Shown here one piece after another: positions 1 to 8,827 of a DNA stretch of 64,000 nucleotides. Location: the NCBI GenBank assembly GCA_041552055.1, contig JBFELO010000001.1, forward strand, positions 23,099 through 87,098, in the 5' to 3' direction. The DNA comes from Candidatus Sulfomarinibacteraceae bacterium. GTDB lineage: Bacteria > Acidobacteriota > Thermoanaerobaculia > Thermoanaerobaculales > Sulfomarinibacteraceae. A program made the position numbers and the translations under genes. Each line of letters starts with the position of its first letter. The first letter of the stretch is position 1. Below the pieces are notes generated by a model. That model had not been told where the DNA came from and did no database searches. It worked only from the letters and a program-made list of their open reading frames with translations.

Positions 1-195
1 CACCTCGAGGTTGTTCCGCATCTCCTCGAGTGCCTGCTGGGGAATCTCGAGCCCGAGCTCACGCTCCGCTTCGGCGAGCGCCAGCCAGGCCCGCCGCCAG
101 GTGGTGTAGCGGTGGCGGGGCGAGAACAGCCGCTGCATCTCGGGCGACGCGTAGCGGCGGATCAGGGGATGGTCGAAGGTGTCGATGGAGGTCAT
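1..195 (-). CDS. purB: adenylosuccinate lyase, N-terminal 65 codons only (gene runs off the 5' edge of the window)
   Basis: ATG at 195-193 (minus). My translation is [59 protein letters not shown]. This fits the conserved PurB N-terminus pattern RYAS.EM..FS....WR.LW.ALAEAE.ELG. The ORF is not in the supplied track because it has no stop in the window. Confidence 0.75.
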   Translation of the reverse strand, partial: MTSIDTFDHPLIRRYASPEMQRLFSPRHRYTTWRRAWLALAEAERELGLEIPQQALEEMRNNLEV

Positions 196-246
196 GGGGG
201 GAGTATAGGGGGAGAGAGGATCTTGGGCCACCACCACCCTTCCGGG

Positions 247-274
247 CTCAAGGTGCAAGGCACAAGTTGCAAGG
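247..274. repeat. tandem heptamer block (NNCAAGG)x4: ctcaagg tgcaagg cacaagt tgcaagg
   Basis: Read directly from the sequence. The same CAAGG heptad phasing recurs at 2014-2027, 24568-24602 and, as the complement, at 42677-42704. Confidence 0.85.
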
Positions 275-345
275 ACCCCCCCCACCGATCTCGTTTCATC
301 GCCCTCATCGTCGTCGGCATCGACCACCGCCCACTCCGTCCACCC

Positions 346-373
346 GTCGCTGGTCGCTCGTCGCTGGTCGCTG
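346..373. repeat. tandem heptamer block (GTCGCTG)x4, one mismatch
   Basis: gtcgctg gtcgctc gtcgctg gtcgctg, read directly. Lies in the purB/arcA divergent spacer. Confidence 0.85.
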
Positions 374-408
374 GACCACCCACCCGCCCGGATCCCAGAT
401 GCTGGATG

Positions 409-433
409 CCCGCGTCCGCGTCCGTGCCCGAAT
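409..433. repeat. hexamer-repeat arm ending in GTGCCCGAAT (left-arm-like copy of the CCGTCT hairpin-element family)
   Basis: cccgcgtccgcgtccgtgcccgaat. It shares the ...CCGTGCCCGAAT boundary with the copies at 12471 and 14349. No convincing right arm was found, so I treat it as a partial copy. Confidence 0.6.
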
Positions 434-549
434 GCGGTCGAAGATCGAAGACCCCTTCCCGCCCCTCTCATTCCTTCGTCTTCGTCCTCATTCTCATCGC
501 CATGGTCATCGTCATCGGGATCGCAGGCGATAGGATCTTGATACTGGGT

Positions 550-659
550 GCTGGATGCTGGATGCTGGACGGCGGATACTCGACGGCGGATACCTGACCT
601 CCCAACCAGACGCGAAGCCTTGGGGCGGGAGGGGGATCTAGCATCAAGCATCCAGCATC
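550..659. repeat. (GCTGGAT)x3 arm (550-568) with an imperfect inverted partner (640-659), enclosing a 14-bp direct repeat x2 (568-595)
   Basis: gctggatgctggatgctgg at 550-568. The reverse complement of 640-659 is gatgctggatgcttgatgct. gacggcggatac occurs twice, at 568-579 and 582-593. Confidence 0.8.
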
Positions 660-730
660 GGTTGTTGTGGGCTCCGAGCCCCTCGCCACGAGTCTCTCGA
701 CCCTTCTCTGGACGTGGAGGATCGTATCCA

Positions 731-1999
731 ATGCTGCACATCACATCCGAGATCGGACGACTCCGCAAGGTCCTGATGCACGAGCCGGGGGACGAGGTCG
801 ACCGGATGGTGCCTTCGATGATGGAGGATCTGCTGTTCGACGACATCCTGTTCGGGGACCGGGCGCGCGACGAGCACCGCCGTTTTCGCCGCCTCCTCCA
901 GTTGCTCGGAATCGAGGTCGTCGAGTCGCGCGATCTCCTGACCCAGGTCCTGGCCGAGGACGAGGTGCTCGACTGGCTGTGGGAGGTCCTGCTGCCGGAG
1001 CTGCCGTCCGAACTCCGCGACCGGCCTCGACAGATGACGGCGGAGCAGGCGGTGGGGGTGCTCGTGGGAGGAGTGGTCGAGGAAACGGCTCACGACCCCT
1101 TCGAGATCGACGAGCTTTTCCGCCTCACCCCGCTGCCCAACTGGTGCTTTCAGCGTGATCCACAGCTGGTGGTGGGTGACGGTGTCGTGTTCGCCGCCAT
1201 GGCGACGCCGGCGCGATGGCGCGAGGGCCTGCTCGCCCGGTGCCTCTTCCGGTTCCACCCGGAGCTCAGCTCGGCTCCGGTCATCCTCGACCCGCTGCAG
1301 CCGACCTCCGAGCGCATGCGTTACCTCAGCCTGCACCTCCCGTGCCTCGAGGGGGGTGACGCACTCATCCTGTCGGACGAGCATCTGGTGGTTGGGGTCT
1401 CGGAGCGCACCAACGCGGTCGGGGTCGAGCTGCTGGCCCGCGCGCTGGCCCGAGTGGAGAACGGCCCCCGATGGCTGGAGGTGGTCCACCTTCCCCGGCG
1501 CCGCGCCTACATGCACCTGGACACGGTCTTGACACAGCTCGATCACGACCTCGCACTGCTGTTCCCGCCGGTGATCGGCGCCACCGGTTCCGAGGCGGCA
1601 GACACCTACGAAATCGATCTCCACTCCAACGACCTGGAGCCGCGACACCGTGGCTCGCTGCTCGCGACCCTCGCCAAACGTGGGCTCAAGATCGAGCCGG
1701 TCGCCTGCGGGGGCCGCGATCCGCTCGCCCAGCAGCGCGAGCAGTGGACCGACGGCGCCAACGCACTCGCGCTGGCGCCCGGCGTGGTCGTGCTGTACGA
1801 CCGCAACGTGGCCACCGCCGAGGAGCTCGACCGGCGCGGATTCCGCATCGTCGAGGCCGAGGCCGTGCTGCTCGGACAGCAGGAGGTTGAACTCGAGGCC
1901 GGCCAACGAACCTGCCTGCTGCTCGCCAGCCACGAGATCTCCCGCGCCCGCGGCGGACCCCACTGCCTGACGCACCCACTGGTGCGGGATGACGCGTGA
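731..1999 (+). CDS. arcA: arginine deiminase
   Basis: Track ORF 548..1999. I start it at the ATG at 731 ([22 protein letters not shown]...). The family-typical N-terminus and the C-terminal [10 protein letters not shown] (catalytic Cys motif GG..C.T.P) are both present. Confidence 0.85.
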   Translation: MLHITSEIGRLRKVLMHEPGDEVDRMVPSMMEDLLFDDILFGDRARDEHRRFRRLLQLLGIEVVESRDLLTQVLAEDEVLDWLWEVLLPELPSELRDRPRQMTAEQAVGVLVGGVVEETAHDPFEIDELFRLTPLPNWCFQRDPQLVVGDGVVFAAMATPARWREGLLARCLFRFHPELSSAPVILDPLQPTSERMRYLSLHLPCLEGGDALILSDEHLVVGVSERTNAVGVELLARALARVENGPRWLEVVHLPRRRAYMHLDTVLTQLDHDLALLFPPVIGATGSEAADTYEIDLHSNDLEPRHRGSLLATLAKRGLKIEPVACGGRDPLAQQREQWTDGANALALAPGVVVLYDRNVATAEELDRRGFRIVEAEAVLLGQQEVELEAGQRTCLLLASHEISRARGGPHCLTHPLVRDDA

Positions 2000-2103
2000 G
2001 GAGAGAATCGGAGATCAAGGATCAAGTAGCCAGTTCGGAACCCACTCCGAGTGGAGCCTTACCTGCCATCACATTTCATGGGCCACCGGAGGTCCGCTCA
2101 TCC

Positions 2104-3390
2104 TCAACCATCCACCGAATCGGAACGGTCTCCGGCTACTCGCGCGATTCGAAGGTACCAGCCGGCCAACACGAGTTCGAGCATCGGCACGACTGCGCCG
2201 CGCGCGAGCACAAACCAGGGATCATATGCCGCAGCGCGAAGTACCTCTATGCCGGCGTACTGAGACCACGTGAGCGTCGCGCCAATCGCGCTCACACCCA
2301 AAAGGGCCAGCCACTTGCGCGAAAAGACCATGGCTCCAGCCAACCACGCCAGACCTGGGAAGTGCAGCAAACGATAGTGGTACCACGATATAGGCGCCCC
2401 TGCGAGTACGACGGCGATCAGGGCGGCAAGAACAGGGAGCGTATCGGCGCCGATCCGACGGCCCGCGCTGATAACCCATACGGTTCCGAGGCCCAGTACG
2501 ATCACCGACACGACCACGGAAAGAACAGCAGCGCTCCCGTCGAGTTCGAATCGCCGCGGGTTGTTCCCGAGCCGCCAACTCCTGGGAAGCTCGCCGTCAT
2601 CTACCGGAAGATCGACGAGTCGCACCGCGGTGGCGGGAAGTGACATATTGAGAGGCGCTGGCGTCCCCGCCCAATAACCGGAGCTCGTCGGGAAGTGGGG
2701 CGGTGGCAGACGGAGTGCTATCACGGCCAGGGGCACAAGCACCCCGAGCACGGCGGTGGCCCCGCCAACCGCAAGGGTACGCCACCGTCTGCGTACGGCC
2801 CAACCGCACATCAGGACTGCCGGCCATAGTTTGACTGCGGCCGCCAATCCGAGCCACACACCGTCGATGGCGCCGCGCCTGTCGCTACCCACGATCGAAA
2901 CACAGACGAGGAGCAGGAGAAGCGGATTGAACTGCCCGAGGACCAGGTTCTCGCCCACGGTTCCTGCGAGGCACCACACCGCCGCCACGACAACCACAGA
3001 TTGCAGGCTGTGACCGAGCCGCCTCCACATGAGCCATGCCGAAACGACAATTGCGATGTGTCCTGACCAGAACCAGATCAACCTGGCAGCCTGGTACTCG
3101 AAGCCTGCGATGGGGAGCACGACGATTGCGGCCAGCGGCGGGTAATCGAAGTTATGAACGGTAAACGGACTTTGGTGCGCGAGCAGGGCCTGAGCCGCGC
3201 GAAAAAAGTTGGCGAAGTCCCCAGTCGTGTCGGACAGCAGGGCTCCGGCGATCACGACATTTCGAGCCACGTACAGCGACCCCAGGAATGTCAGCGCCAA
3301 CCAAGGTACGGTGGATCGAAAACTCCGCACCGCTATTAGTCCTTCGCGAGTAAACGCAAATCCCGCCAGCGGTCGTGAAACCACAGCCAC
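2104..3390 (-). CDS. polytopic membrane glycosyltransferase, GT87/DUF2029-like
   Basis: Many hydrophobic segments. The N-terminal motif DFANFFRAAQALL..QSPF....FDYPPLAAIVVLPIA resembles the DUF2029/GT87 signature. The start at 3390 is a GTG overlapping the upstream gene by 55 nt. An alternative GTG at 3330 would remove the overlap. Confidence 0.65.
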   Translation of the reverse strand: MAVVSRPLAGFAFTREGLIAVRSFRSTVPWLALTFLGSLYVARNVVIAGALLSDTTGDFANFFRAAQALLAHQSPFTVHNFDYPPLAAIVVLPIAGFEYQAARLIWFWSGHIAIVVSAWLMWRRLGHSLQSVVVVAAVWCLAGTVGENLVLGQFNPLLLLLVCVSIVGSDRRGAIDGVWLGLAAAVKLWPAVLMCGWAVRRRWRTLAVGGATAVLGVLVPLAVIALRLPPPHFPTSSGYWAGTPAPLNMSLPATAVRLVDLPVDDGELPRSWRLGNNPRRFELDGSAAVLSVVVSVIVLGLGTVWVISAGRRIGADTLPVLAALIAVVLAGAPISWYHYRLLHFPGLAWLAGAMVFSRKWLALLGVSAIGATLTWSQYAGIEVLRAAAYDPWFVLARGAVVPMLELVLAGWYLRIARVAGDRSDSVDG

Positions 3391-4250
3391 TGCTCGGGTC
3401 GCTGGCGGATCATGTGCTCGGTGATGGCGGAGAAGCGCGCGGTGAGGGAGACGTCGGACAAGTCCTCCTCGGTCAGGTCATCGGCAAGAATGGGCTCAAA
3501 CAGCCTCATGGAGTAGTGACCCGGGCTCTCCCACAGGGCGCACACCGGCACCACCGGCGACCGTGTCTTGCGCACCACGCGCGCGAGGATCGGATGGGTC
3601 CACGTCGGCTGACCGAAGAACGGCACCTGGATACCGACGTCGGGATTCACCCGCTGGTCGATCAGGAAGCCCACGGAACCTCGGTCGGCCAGGTGGCGGA
3701 GTATGGCGCGCAGGATGTTCCGCTTGCCGAGCGGAACGTTGCCGAACCGACTCCGAAATCGGGTGACCTCCTCCTCGAGCAGCGGGTTGTCCAACGGCCG
3801 GTTCACCCCCAGGATCGACTCTGATCTGATGAGCCCTCCCGCCAGCCCGGCTACCTCCCACAGTCCGAGATGGGCCGTAAGGTAGATGATCCCCCGGCCC
3901 AGGCTGGCGGCGGTATCGGCGTACTCTTCCCCGACCACATCGACCTCGCGCAACAACTCCTCCGGCTCGAGGCGCTGCAATCGAAGGGTGTCGAGCGACA
4001 CGCGGCCGAAATGACGCGCCACGTCCCGGGCCAATCGACGCCGTTTGGCCGGCTCCATGACCGGGTACGCCAGGTCGAGGTTGAACTGCAACATTTCGCG
4101 CCGGCGTTTGCCGACCGCCAGAAAGAGGTCGCCCAGCACTTCGCCCACCCGCGACACGCCCCGGGGCCCCAGCGATCCGATCGCGCTCCGGGTTACCCGG
4201 TAGGCGGCAAACTCGACCCGGTTGCGCAACGCCGACCTGTGTTTGCTCAC
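3336..4250 (-). CDS. lipid A biosynthesis late acyltransferase (LpxL/HtrB-type lysophospholipid acyltransferase family)
   Basis: Only the C-terminal 304 aa of track ORF 3336..4781 look real. The H-x4-E acyltransferase motif (HLGLWEV) is present, and the tail RPEQWLWFHDRW is typical of LpxL. GTG at 4250 overlaps the lpxK stop (GTGA). The upstream Arg/Gly-rich part overlaps lpxK and is discarded. Confidence 0.75.
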   Translation of the reverse strand: MSKHRSALRNRVEFAAYRVTRSAIGSLGPRGVSRVGEVLGDLFLAVGKRRREMLQFNLDLAYPVMEPAKRRRLARDVARHFGRVSLDTLRLQRLEPEELLREVDVVGEEYADTAASLGRGIIYLTAHLGLWEVAGLAGGLIRSESILGVNRPLDNPLLEEEVTRFRSRFGNVPLGKRNILRAILRHLADRGSVGFLIDQRVNPDVGIQVPFFGQPTWTHPILARVVRKTRSPVVPVCALWESPGHYSMRLFEPILADDLTEEDLSDVSLTARFSAITEHMIRQRPEQWLWFHDRWRDLRLLAKD

Positions 4251-5254
4251 AGCCTCTCCCCCGGGAGCATCCGCCACAGTGTGTTCCAGTCGCCGGCCTC
4301 GGGCCGCATCTCGGCCTCCGCGACCCACACCCCTACATCCTCCGGCAGCTTCACCGCATCCTTGGTGGTCGTCACGGCAATGGCGTCGTGCTCGGCCGCC
4401 TCGGCTACGACCCGGTCCAGGTCGTCCGCGCCGTACCGATGGTGGTCTCGATACCACCGCGTCGCCACCACCTCGGCTCCGGCCTCGGAGAGCACGTCCA
4501 CGAAGCCCTGCGGCCGCCCGATCCCGGCGAACGCCAGCACCCGCCGACCGGCCAGCACGTCCGGCGGCTGCCACCCACTCGGTGTCCGCACCCGACTCGG
4601 CACCATCCTCGCCGTGAGCAGCGGGATGGGGCCGGCGAGCCGCGTCACCTCGTCCGCGATCCGGCCGACCACCGCCGTCGCGTCGGCCGGCACCTTGGTC
4701 ACGATCACCGCCGAGGCGCGAGCGATTGCACCGAGCGGCTCCCTCAGCCGACCGCGCGGCGGCAGTGAGCCGCCGCCCCACGGGTCACCGGCATCCAGCA
4801 GCACCAGGTCGAGGTCACGCGCCACCCGCAGGTGCTGGAAACCGTCGTCCAGCACGAGCACGTCTGCGCCCAGGCGTACGGCCTCGGTGCCGCCGCGAAC
4901 ACGGTCGGCGTCAACGACGATAGGCACACCCGGAAGCCGAGCCGCCATGGCGAGCGGCTCGTCGCCGGTCCGATCGACACTGAACTCGGAGCACGGCCCG
5001 ACGACCACCAGCGGCGAGGTTCCGCGACGGCCGTAACCCCGCGTCAACACCGCCGGTCTTCGTCTCCTCCGGACGAGGTCCTTCACCAGAGCGATCACGG
5101 TGGGAGTCTTGCCGGTGCCCCCAAAGGTGAGGTTGCCCACCGACACCACCGGCACCGGCAGCTCTCGCGCTCGCAGAAATCCCCGGTCGTACGCCGCTGC
5201 TCGGCCTTTCACGAGCGCGGCGTACAGCGGGGTCAGGGGCGTGAGGAGGTGCAT
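4247..5254 (-). CDS. lpxK: tetraacyldisaccharide 4'-kinase
   Basis: ATG at 5254. Has a P-loop VVSVGNLTFGGTGKTP and the family-typical LTRGYGR. Confidence 0.9.
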   Translation of the reverse strand: MHLLTPLTPLYAALVKGRAAAYDRGFLRARELPVPVVSVGNLTFGGTGKTPTVIALVKDLVRRRRRPAVLTRGYGRRGTSPLVVVGPCSEFSVDRTGDEPLAMAARLPGVPIVVDADRVRGGTEAVRLGADVLVLDDGFQHLRVARDLDLVLLDAGDPWGGGSLPPRGRLREPLGAIARASAVIVTKVPADATAVVGRIADEVTRLAGPIPLLTARMVPSRVRTPSGWQPPDVLAGRRVLAFAGIGRPQGFVDVLSEAGAEVVATRWYRDHHRYGADDLDRVVAEAAEHDAIAVTTTKDAVKLPEDVGVWVAEAEMRPEAGDWNTLWRMLPGERL

Positions 5255-5260
5255 CTCTCC

Positions 5261-6544
5261 TCAACCCCCAGAGTCGATGAGCTCGAGCAGGGCGTCCACG
5301 GTGCGCGAGGTCGCACCGCGGTTGCGCTCGACGACGGTCCGTGCAGCCGCACCCGCCGTTCGTGCCGCGTCGCGGTCCTCAAGCCAGCGGGTGAGGGCTT
5401 CGACCAGCTCGTGCTCGTCGGCGACGAGCCGAGCCCCTCCCGCGCTCACCATTTCGTCGTACACCTCCTGGAAATTGAACACGTGTCGGCCGGAGAGGAC
5501 CGGCGTCCCCCAAACCGCGGGCTCCAATGGATTGTGGCCACCGGTGGGTACCAGCGAACCTCCGATGAAGGCCACCCTGGCCAGCTCGTAGGCGCGCGCG
5601 AGCTCACCGATGGTGTCCAACAGGATGAAATCTGCCGCTCCCTCGTGTCCGGTCAGAGAGCTCCGGCGCACGAAGGCGACGTCCCTCCGACGCAGCATGT
5701 CGGCCACCCCATCGAAGCGCTCCGGGTGACGCGGCGCCAGGATCGTGAAAATCCGCCTTCCCGCGGCTGATATCCGAGCCACGGCGTCCAGTACCTGCGC
5801 CTCCTCGCCTTCCATCGTCGAGCCCACGACCGCGATCGGTCGCTCTCCGGCGAGCCCACGGGCCTCCTCGGCCCAGTCGAGCGGCGTGGGATCGGGCTCG
5901 AGGTCGTACTTGATGTTGCCACCGACACGAATCCGCGCCTCGTCCACACCGAGCGACGAAAACCTCGCCGCGTCGTGCTCGTCGCGGACCAACACCAGCG
6001 ACAACGGCTCGAGGAGCGGTCGTAGCAACGCCCCTATTCGACGGTACCTTGCCACGGAGCCCTCGGACAACCGGCCATTGACGACTGCCACCGGAATCCC
6101 CGCGCGTCCAGCCTGGTACATGAGCTCCGGCCACAGCTCGGTCTCGACCAGCACGAGCGCCCGCGGTCGGGCGGCCTCGAGAACTCGACGCACCGGGCGC
6201 GGCAGGTCGAGGGGACAGGGGAGGACCGGATGTCCCTTCCCGACCGTACCCCTGGCGAGCTCGAGGCCGGTGGCGGTGGTGGCGGTGACCACCATCGGCA
6301 ACGCCGTATCCCGAAGCTCGAGCTCGCCCACCAGCCGCCGCGCCACCTCGACCTCGCCTACCGACACGGCATGGATCCACAACCCGCCCGGCGGCATCGT
6401 CGGCGGTCGCGGCGCCAGCCGCTCACGGAACGGTGGTCGCCCCTTGCCGGTGAGTCGGTCCCGGATCCTCAGAAGCGGCACGACCACCGGGAGCGCGAGC
6501 CACAGCATCGCCCGGTACAGCCACAAACTCGGGCCAGCCCGCAT
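5261..6544 (-). CDS. waaA: 3-deoxy-D-manno-octulosonic acid (Kdo) transferase
   Basis: The motif GGLWIHAVSVGEVEVARRLV matches the WaaA/KdtA N-terminal signature (..H..S.GE). The track ORF extends to 6709 but would then overlap arcC. In-frame ATGs at 6574, 6562 and 6544 are all possible. 6544 gives an N-terminus of E. coli-like length. Confidence 0.85.
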   Translation of the reverse strand: MRAGPSLWLYRAMLWLALPVVVPLLRIRDRLTGKGRPPFRERLAPRPPTMPPGGLWIHAVSVGEVEVARRLVGELELRDTALPMVVTATTATGLELARGTVGKGHPVLPCPLDLPRPVRRVLEAARPRALVLVETELWPELMYQAGRAGIPVAVVNGRLSEGSVARYRRIGALLRPLLEPLSLVLVRDEHDAARFSSLGVDEARIRVGGNIKYDLEPDPTPLDWAEEARGLAGERPIAVVGSTMEGEEAQVLDAVARISAAGRRIFTILAPRHPERFDGVADMLRRRDVAFVRRSSLTGHEGAADFILLDTIGELARAYELARVAFIGGSLVPTGGHNPLEPAVWGTPVLSGRHVFNFQEVYDEMVSAGGARLVADEHELVEALTRWLEDRDAARTAGAAARTVVERNRGATSRTVDALLELIDSGG

Positions 6545-6677
6545 ACCTTGCCGGCTCTCCATCCACGACAGCATAGACGAAGCCCGCCACAGGACGAACC
6601 GCCGAAGGGTCGGCCCCGGAGACGCCCCCCATCCGACCACGCCCCTGCTGCAGATCGACGCCGCTGCCTCAGCCCGG

Positions 6678-7670
6678 CTAGGGGAGGGTCGCCGTCTCGA
6701 CGTCCCCATCGGCGACGATGAATGTTCCTGCGGTACGCTCGAGCGCCGACTTCAGGTGCTCGGCATCGGTGATGAGCACGTCCTTGCCGGTGGACTCCAC
6801 GAACTGGATGGCCGATCGCACCTTGGGCCCCATGGATCCGGGGGGGAACTGGTTGGCCTCGAGCATCTCCCGCGCGCGGCGGACGGGCAATCGGCGCAGC
6901 CAGCGTTGCTGCGGGCGGCCGAAGTTTTCGGCCACCATGGGCACGTTGGTGAGCACGATGAACAGATCCGCGTCCAGGTCGCGGGCGAGGATCGACGCCA
7001 CGTAGTCCTTGTCGATCACAGCCTCGATGCCGCGGAAGTATCCGCCCACGTCCTGATACACCGGGACACCACCACCGCCACCCGCGATCACAACCACCCC
7101 GTCCGAGATCATCTTTCGGAGGTATTCGTTCCCGAGGATTCGGGCCGGCATCGGCGACGCGACCACCTTGCGCCAGCCGCGAGAGGGGTCCTCCACCATC
7201 TGCCAGCCCTCCTCCTGCATCAGCAGGTTGGCTCGGTAGGCGGTGAAGTGGGGACCCACCGGCTTGGTGGGGTTGTCGAACGCCGGGTCGTCGCGGTCGA
7301 CCACCACCTCGGTGAACACCGCGGCGATCTCTTTTTCGAGCTGCTCCTCGTTGAACCGGTTCCGCAGCTGGTTGGCCAGCATGAAGCCCATCGATCCCTG
7401 GGTCTGTGCCACCGCCACGTCCAACGACTGGGGCGGAATCTTGGTGATCGCCTCCTCCACCTGGATCATGATGTTCCCGACCTGGGGACCGTTGCCGTGC
7501 ACGATCGCCAGCTCGTAACCTCGATGGATGATCTCGTACAACCACCTCGTGGCTTTCCAGGCGAGAGTGAACTGCTCCTCCTGGGTGCCGTGGTCGGTCG
7601 GGCGCAGCAGGGCGTTGCCGCCAAACGCAATGACGGCCACCGGTCTGGGCTTGGTGCGGGCATCGCTCAT
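6678..7670 (-). CDS. arcC: carbamate kinase
   Basis: ATG at 7670. The N-terminus VAVIAFGGNALL......EEQ.....A...L.E....G.ELAIVHGNGPQVG is the carbamate kinase signature. Confidence 0.9.
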   Translation of the reverse strand: MSDARTKPRPVAVIAFGGNALLRPTDHGTQEEQFTLAWKATRWLYEIIHRGYELAIVHGNGPQVGNIMIQVEEAITKIPPQSLDVAVAQTQGSMGFMLANQLRNRFNEEQLEKEIAAVFTEVVVDRDDPAFDNPTKPVGPHFTAYRANLLMQEEGWQMVEDPSRGWRKVVASPMPARILGNEYLRKMISDGVVVIAGGGGGVPVYQDVGGYFRGIEAVIDKDYVASILARDLDADLFIVLTNVPMVAENFGRPQQRWLRRLPVRRAREMLEANQFPPGSMGPKVRSAIQFVESTGKDVLITDAEHLKSALERTAGTFIVADGDVETATLP

Positions 7671-7760
7671 CGTGGCCTCCTCGCAGCCGGCAGGGACAGA
7701 AGAAGCATTGTGAAATCAGTCACGTGGCGTGTCAACCTCCGGCTCGTGAGGGGCCCGATC

Positions 7761-8651
7761 TCAGCGCCGCTGGAGAACGATCACCCGCTCGCAGCCGGCG
7801 ACGTCACGCACCCTTCGCGCGACCGCCAGCCCGGAGCACCGCGCGGCATCCGCCACCGATTCCACCTGCTCCTCGCCCAGCTCGAGCACAGCGCCACCGC
7901 ACGGGGTGAGCAATCGCGGAAGGTCGGCGACGGTGCGGCGGATCAGAAGCAGGCCGTCGACGCCGCCGTCCAGAGCTTGCCGGGGATCATGGCCGACCTC
8001 GGGCGGCAGCTCCACCAGCCGGTCGCTGGGGAGGTACGGCAGATTGGCGACCACGAGCTCGAATCCACCGCCGAGTGCGCCCATCAGATCACCGCAGATC
8101 AGGGCGACCTCGGCCCGGTGGCGGTCCCGGTTGCGACGCGCCACCTCGAGGGCGGCCGGCGAGCGGTCGACCGCCACCACCCGCCATCTCGGCCGCTCCG
8201 CGGCCAGAGTGATCGCCAGACATCCCGAGCCGGTTCCGATGTCGAGCACCCGTGCCCGTGCCGACAGCGGCAGCTCGAGCGCCGTTTGCACCACCAACTC
8301 CGTCTCCGGCCGTGGAATCAGGACCCGCGGCGTGACAGTGAACTCTCGATTCCAGAAGGTGCAGCCGCCGGTGAGGTGGTGGGCGGGTTCGCCGGCGGCC
8401 CTTCGCTCGAGCCACTCCCCGAAGCGGACCGCCACCTCGACGGGGACCTGCTCGGCGGGCCGTAACCTCAGCCAGAGCTCGTCCACGCCCCAGGCGTGAG
8501 CGAGCAACCACGACGACTCACGGCGGGGATCGGGAATCCCCACCCGCCGCGGAAGCGTCCGAGCACCGGAGGCCACCAGATCTTCAACCGTCGCCATCGC
8601 CTGCCCGGCCCATTGAACCACAGCGCGAGTGCGGCCGCTGTGGCTACTCAT
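7761..8651 (-). CDS. prmC: release-factor glutamine N5-methyltransferase
   Basis: SAM motif VLDIGTGSGCLAI and the substrate motif NLPY (a variant of NPPY). Located directly downstream of prfA. An alternative ATG start is at 8597 (MATVEDL). Confidence 0.85.
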   Translation of the reverse strand: MSSHSGRTRAVVQWAGQAMATVEDLVASGARTLPRRVGIPDPRRESSWLLAHAWGVDELWLRLRPAEQVPVEVAVRFGEWLERRAAGEPAHHLTGGCTFWNREFTVTPRVLIPRPETELVVQTALELPLSARARVLDIGTGSGCLAITLAAERPRWRVVAVDRSPAALEVARRNRDRHRAEVALICGDLMGALGGGFELVVANLPYLPSDRLVELPPEVGHDPRQALDGGVDGLLLIRRTVADLPRLLTPCGGAVLELGEEQVESVADAARCSGLAVARRVRDVAGCERVIVLQRR

Positions 8652-8707
8652 GCCTCTGAAGTCTTGTCACGCGCAACCGGCCACCCTCGAGACTGTTCTG
8701 GGCAAGC

Positions 8708-8790
8708 CCGTCTCCGTCTCCGTATCCTTATCGGAACTCTCATACCGTTCCGAGGCGCGGGTCGGGCACGGAGACGAATACGGATACGGG
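8708..8790. repeat. CCGTCT-hexamer hairpin element (family A), complete copy
   Basis: Left arm cccgtctccgtctccgtatcc. Right arm gggcacggagacgaatacggatacggg. The arms are largely reverse-complementary. Lies in the prfA-prmC spacer. Confidence 0.85.
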
Positions 8791-8827
8791 ATCTTCCCTT
8801 CAGCTCTGGGGACACACAGCACGCGAT

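Noticed and set aside
4251-4781. The 177-aa N-terminal extension of the acyltransferase ORF (track 3336..4781).
   Set aside because: The extension is Arg/Gly-rich nonsense lying entirely inside lpxK in another frame. A GTG at 4250 forming a GTGA overlap with the lpxK stop gives a normal-length LpxL-type protein.
5745-8465. Very long ORFs antisense or out of frame to good genes. Examples are 5745..8465 (+, 906 aa), 9792..12560 (+, 922 aa), 30030..32177 (+, 715 aa), 48045..49940 (+, 631 aa), 22544..24337 (+, 597 aa), 35789..37510 (-, 573 aa) and 28678..30345 (+, 555 aa).
   Set aside because: They are Arg/Pro/Gly/Ala-rich low-complexity translations with no family motifs. Each lies opposite or overlapping a gene with unmistakable conserved motifs. 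These are typical shadow ORFs of high-GC DNA, where stop codons are rare.
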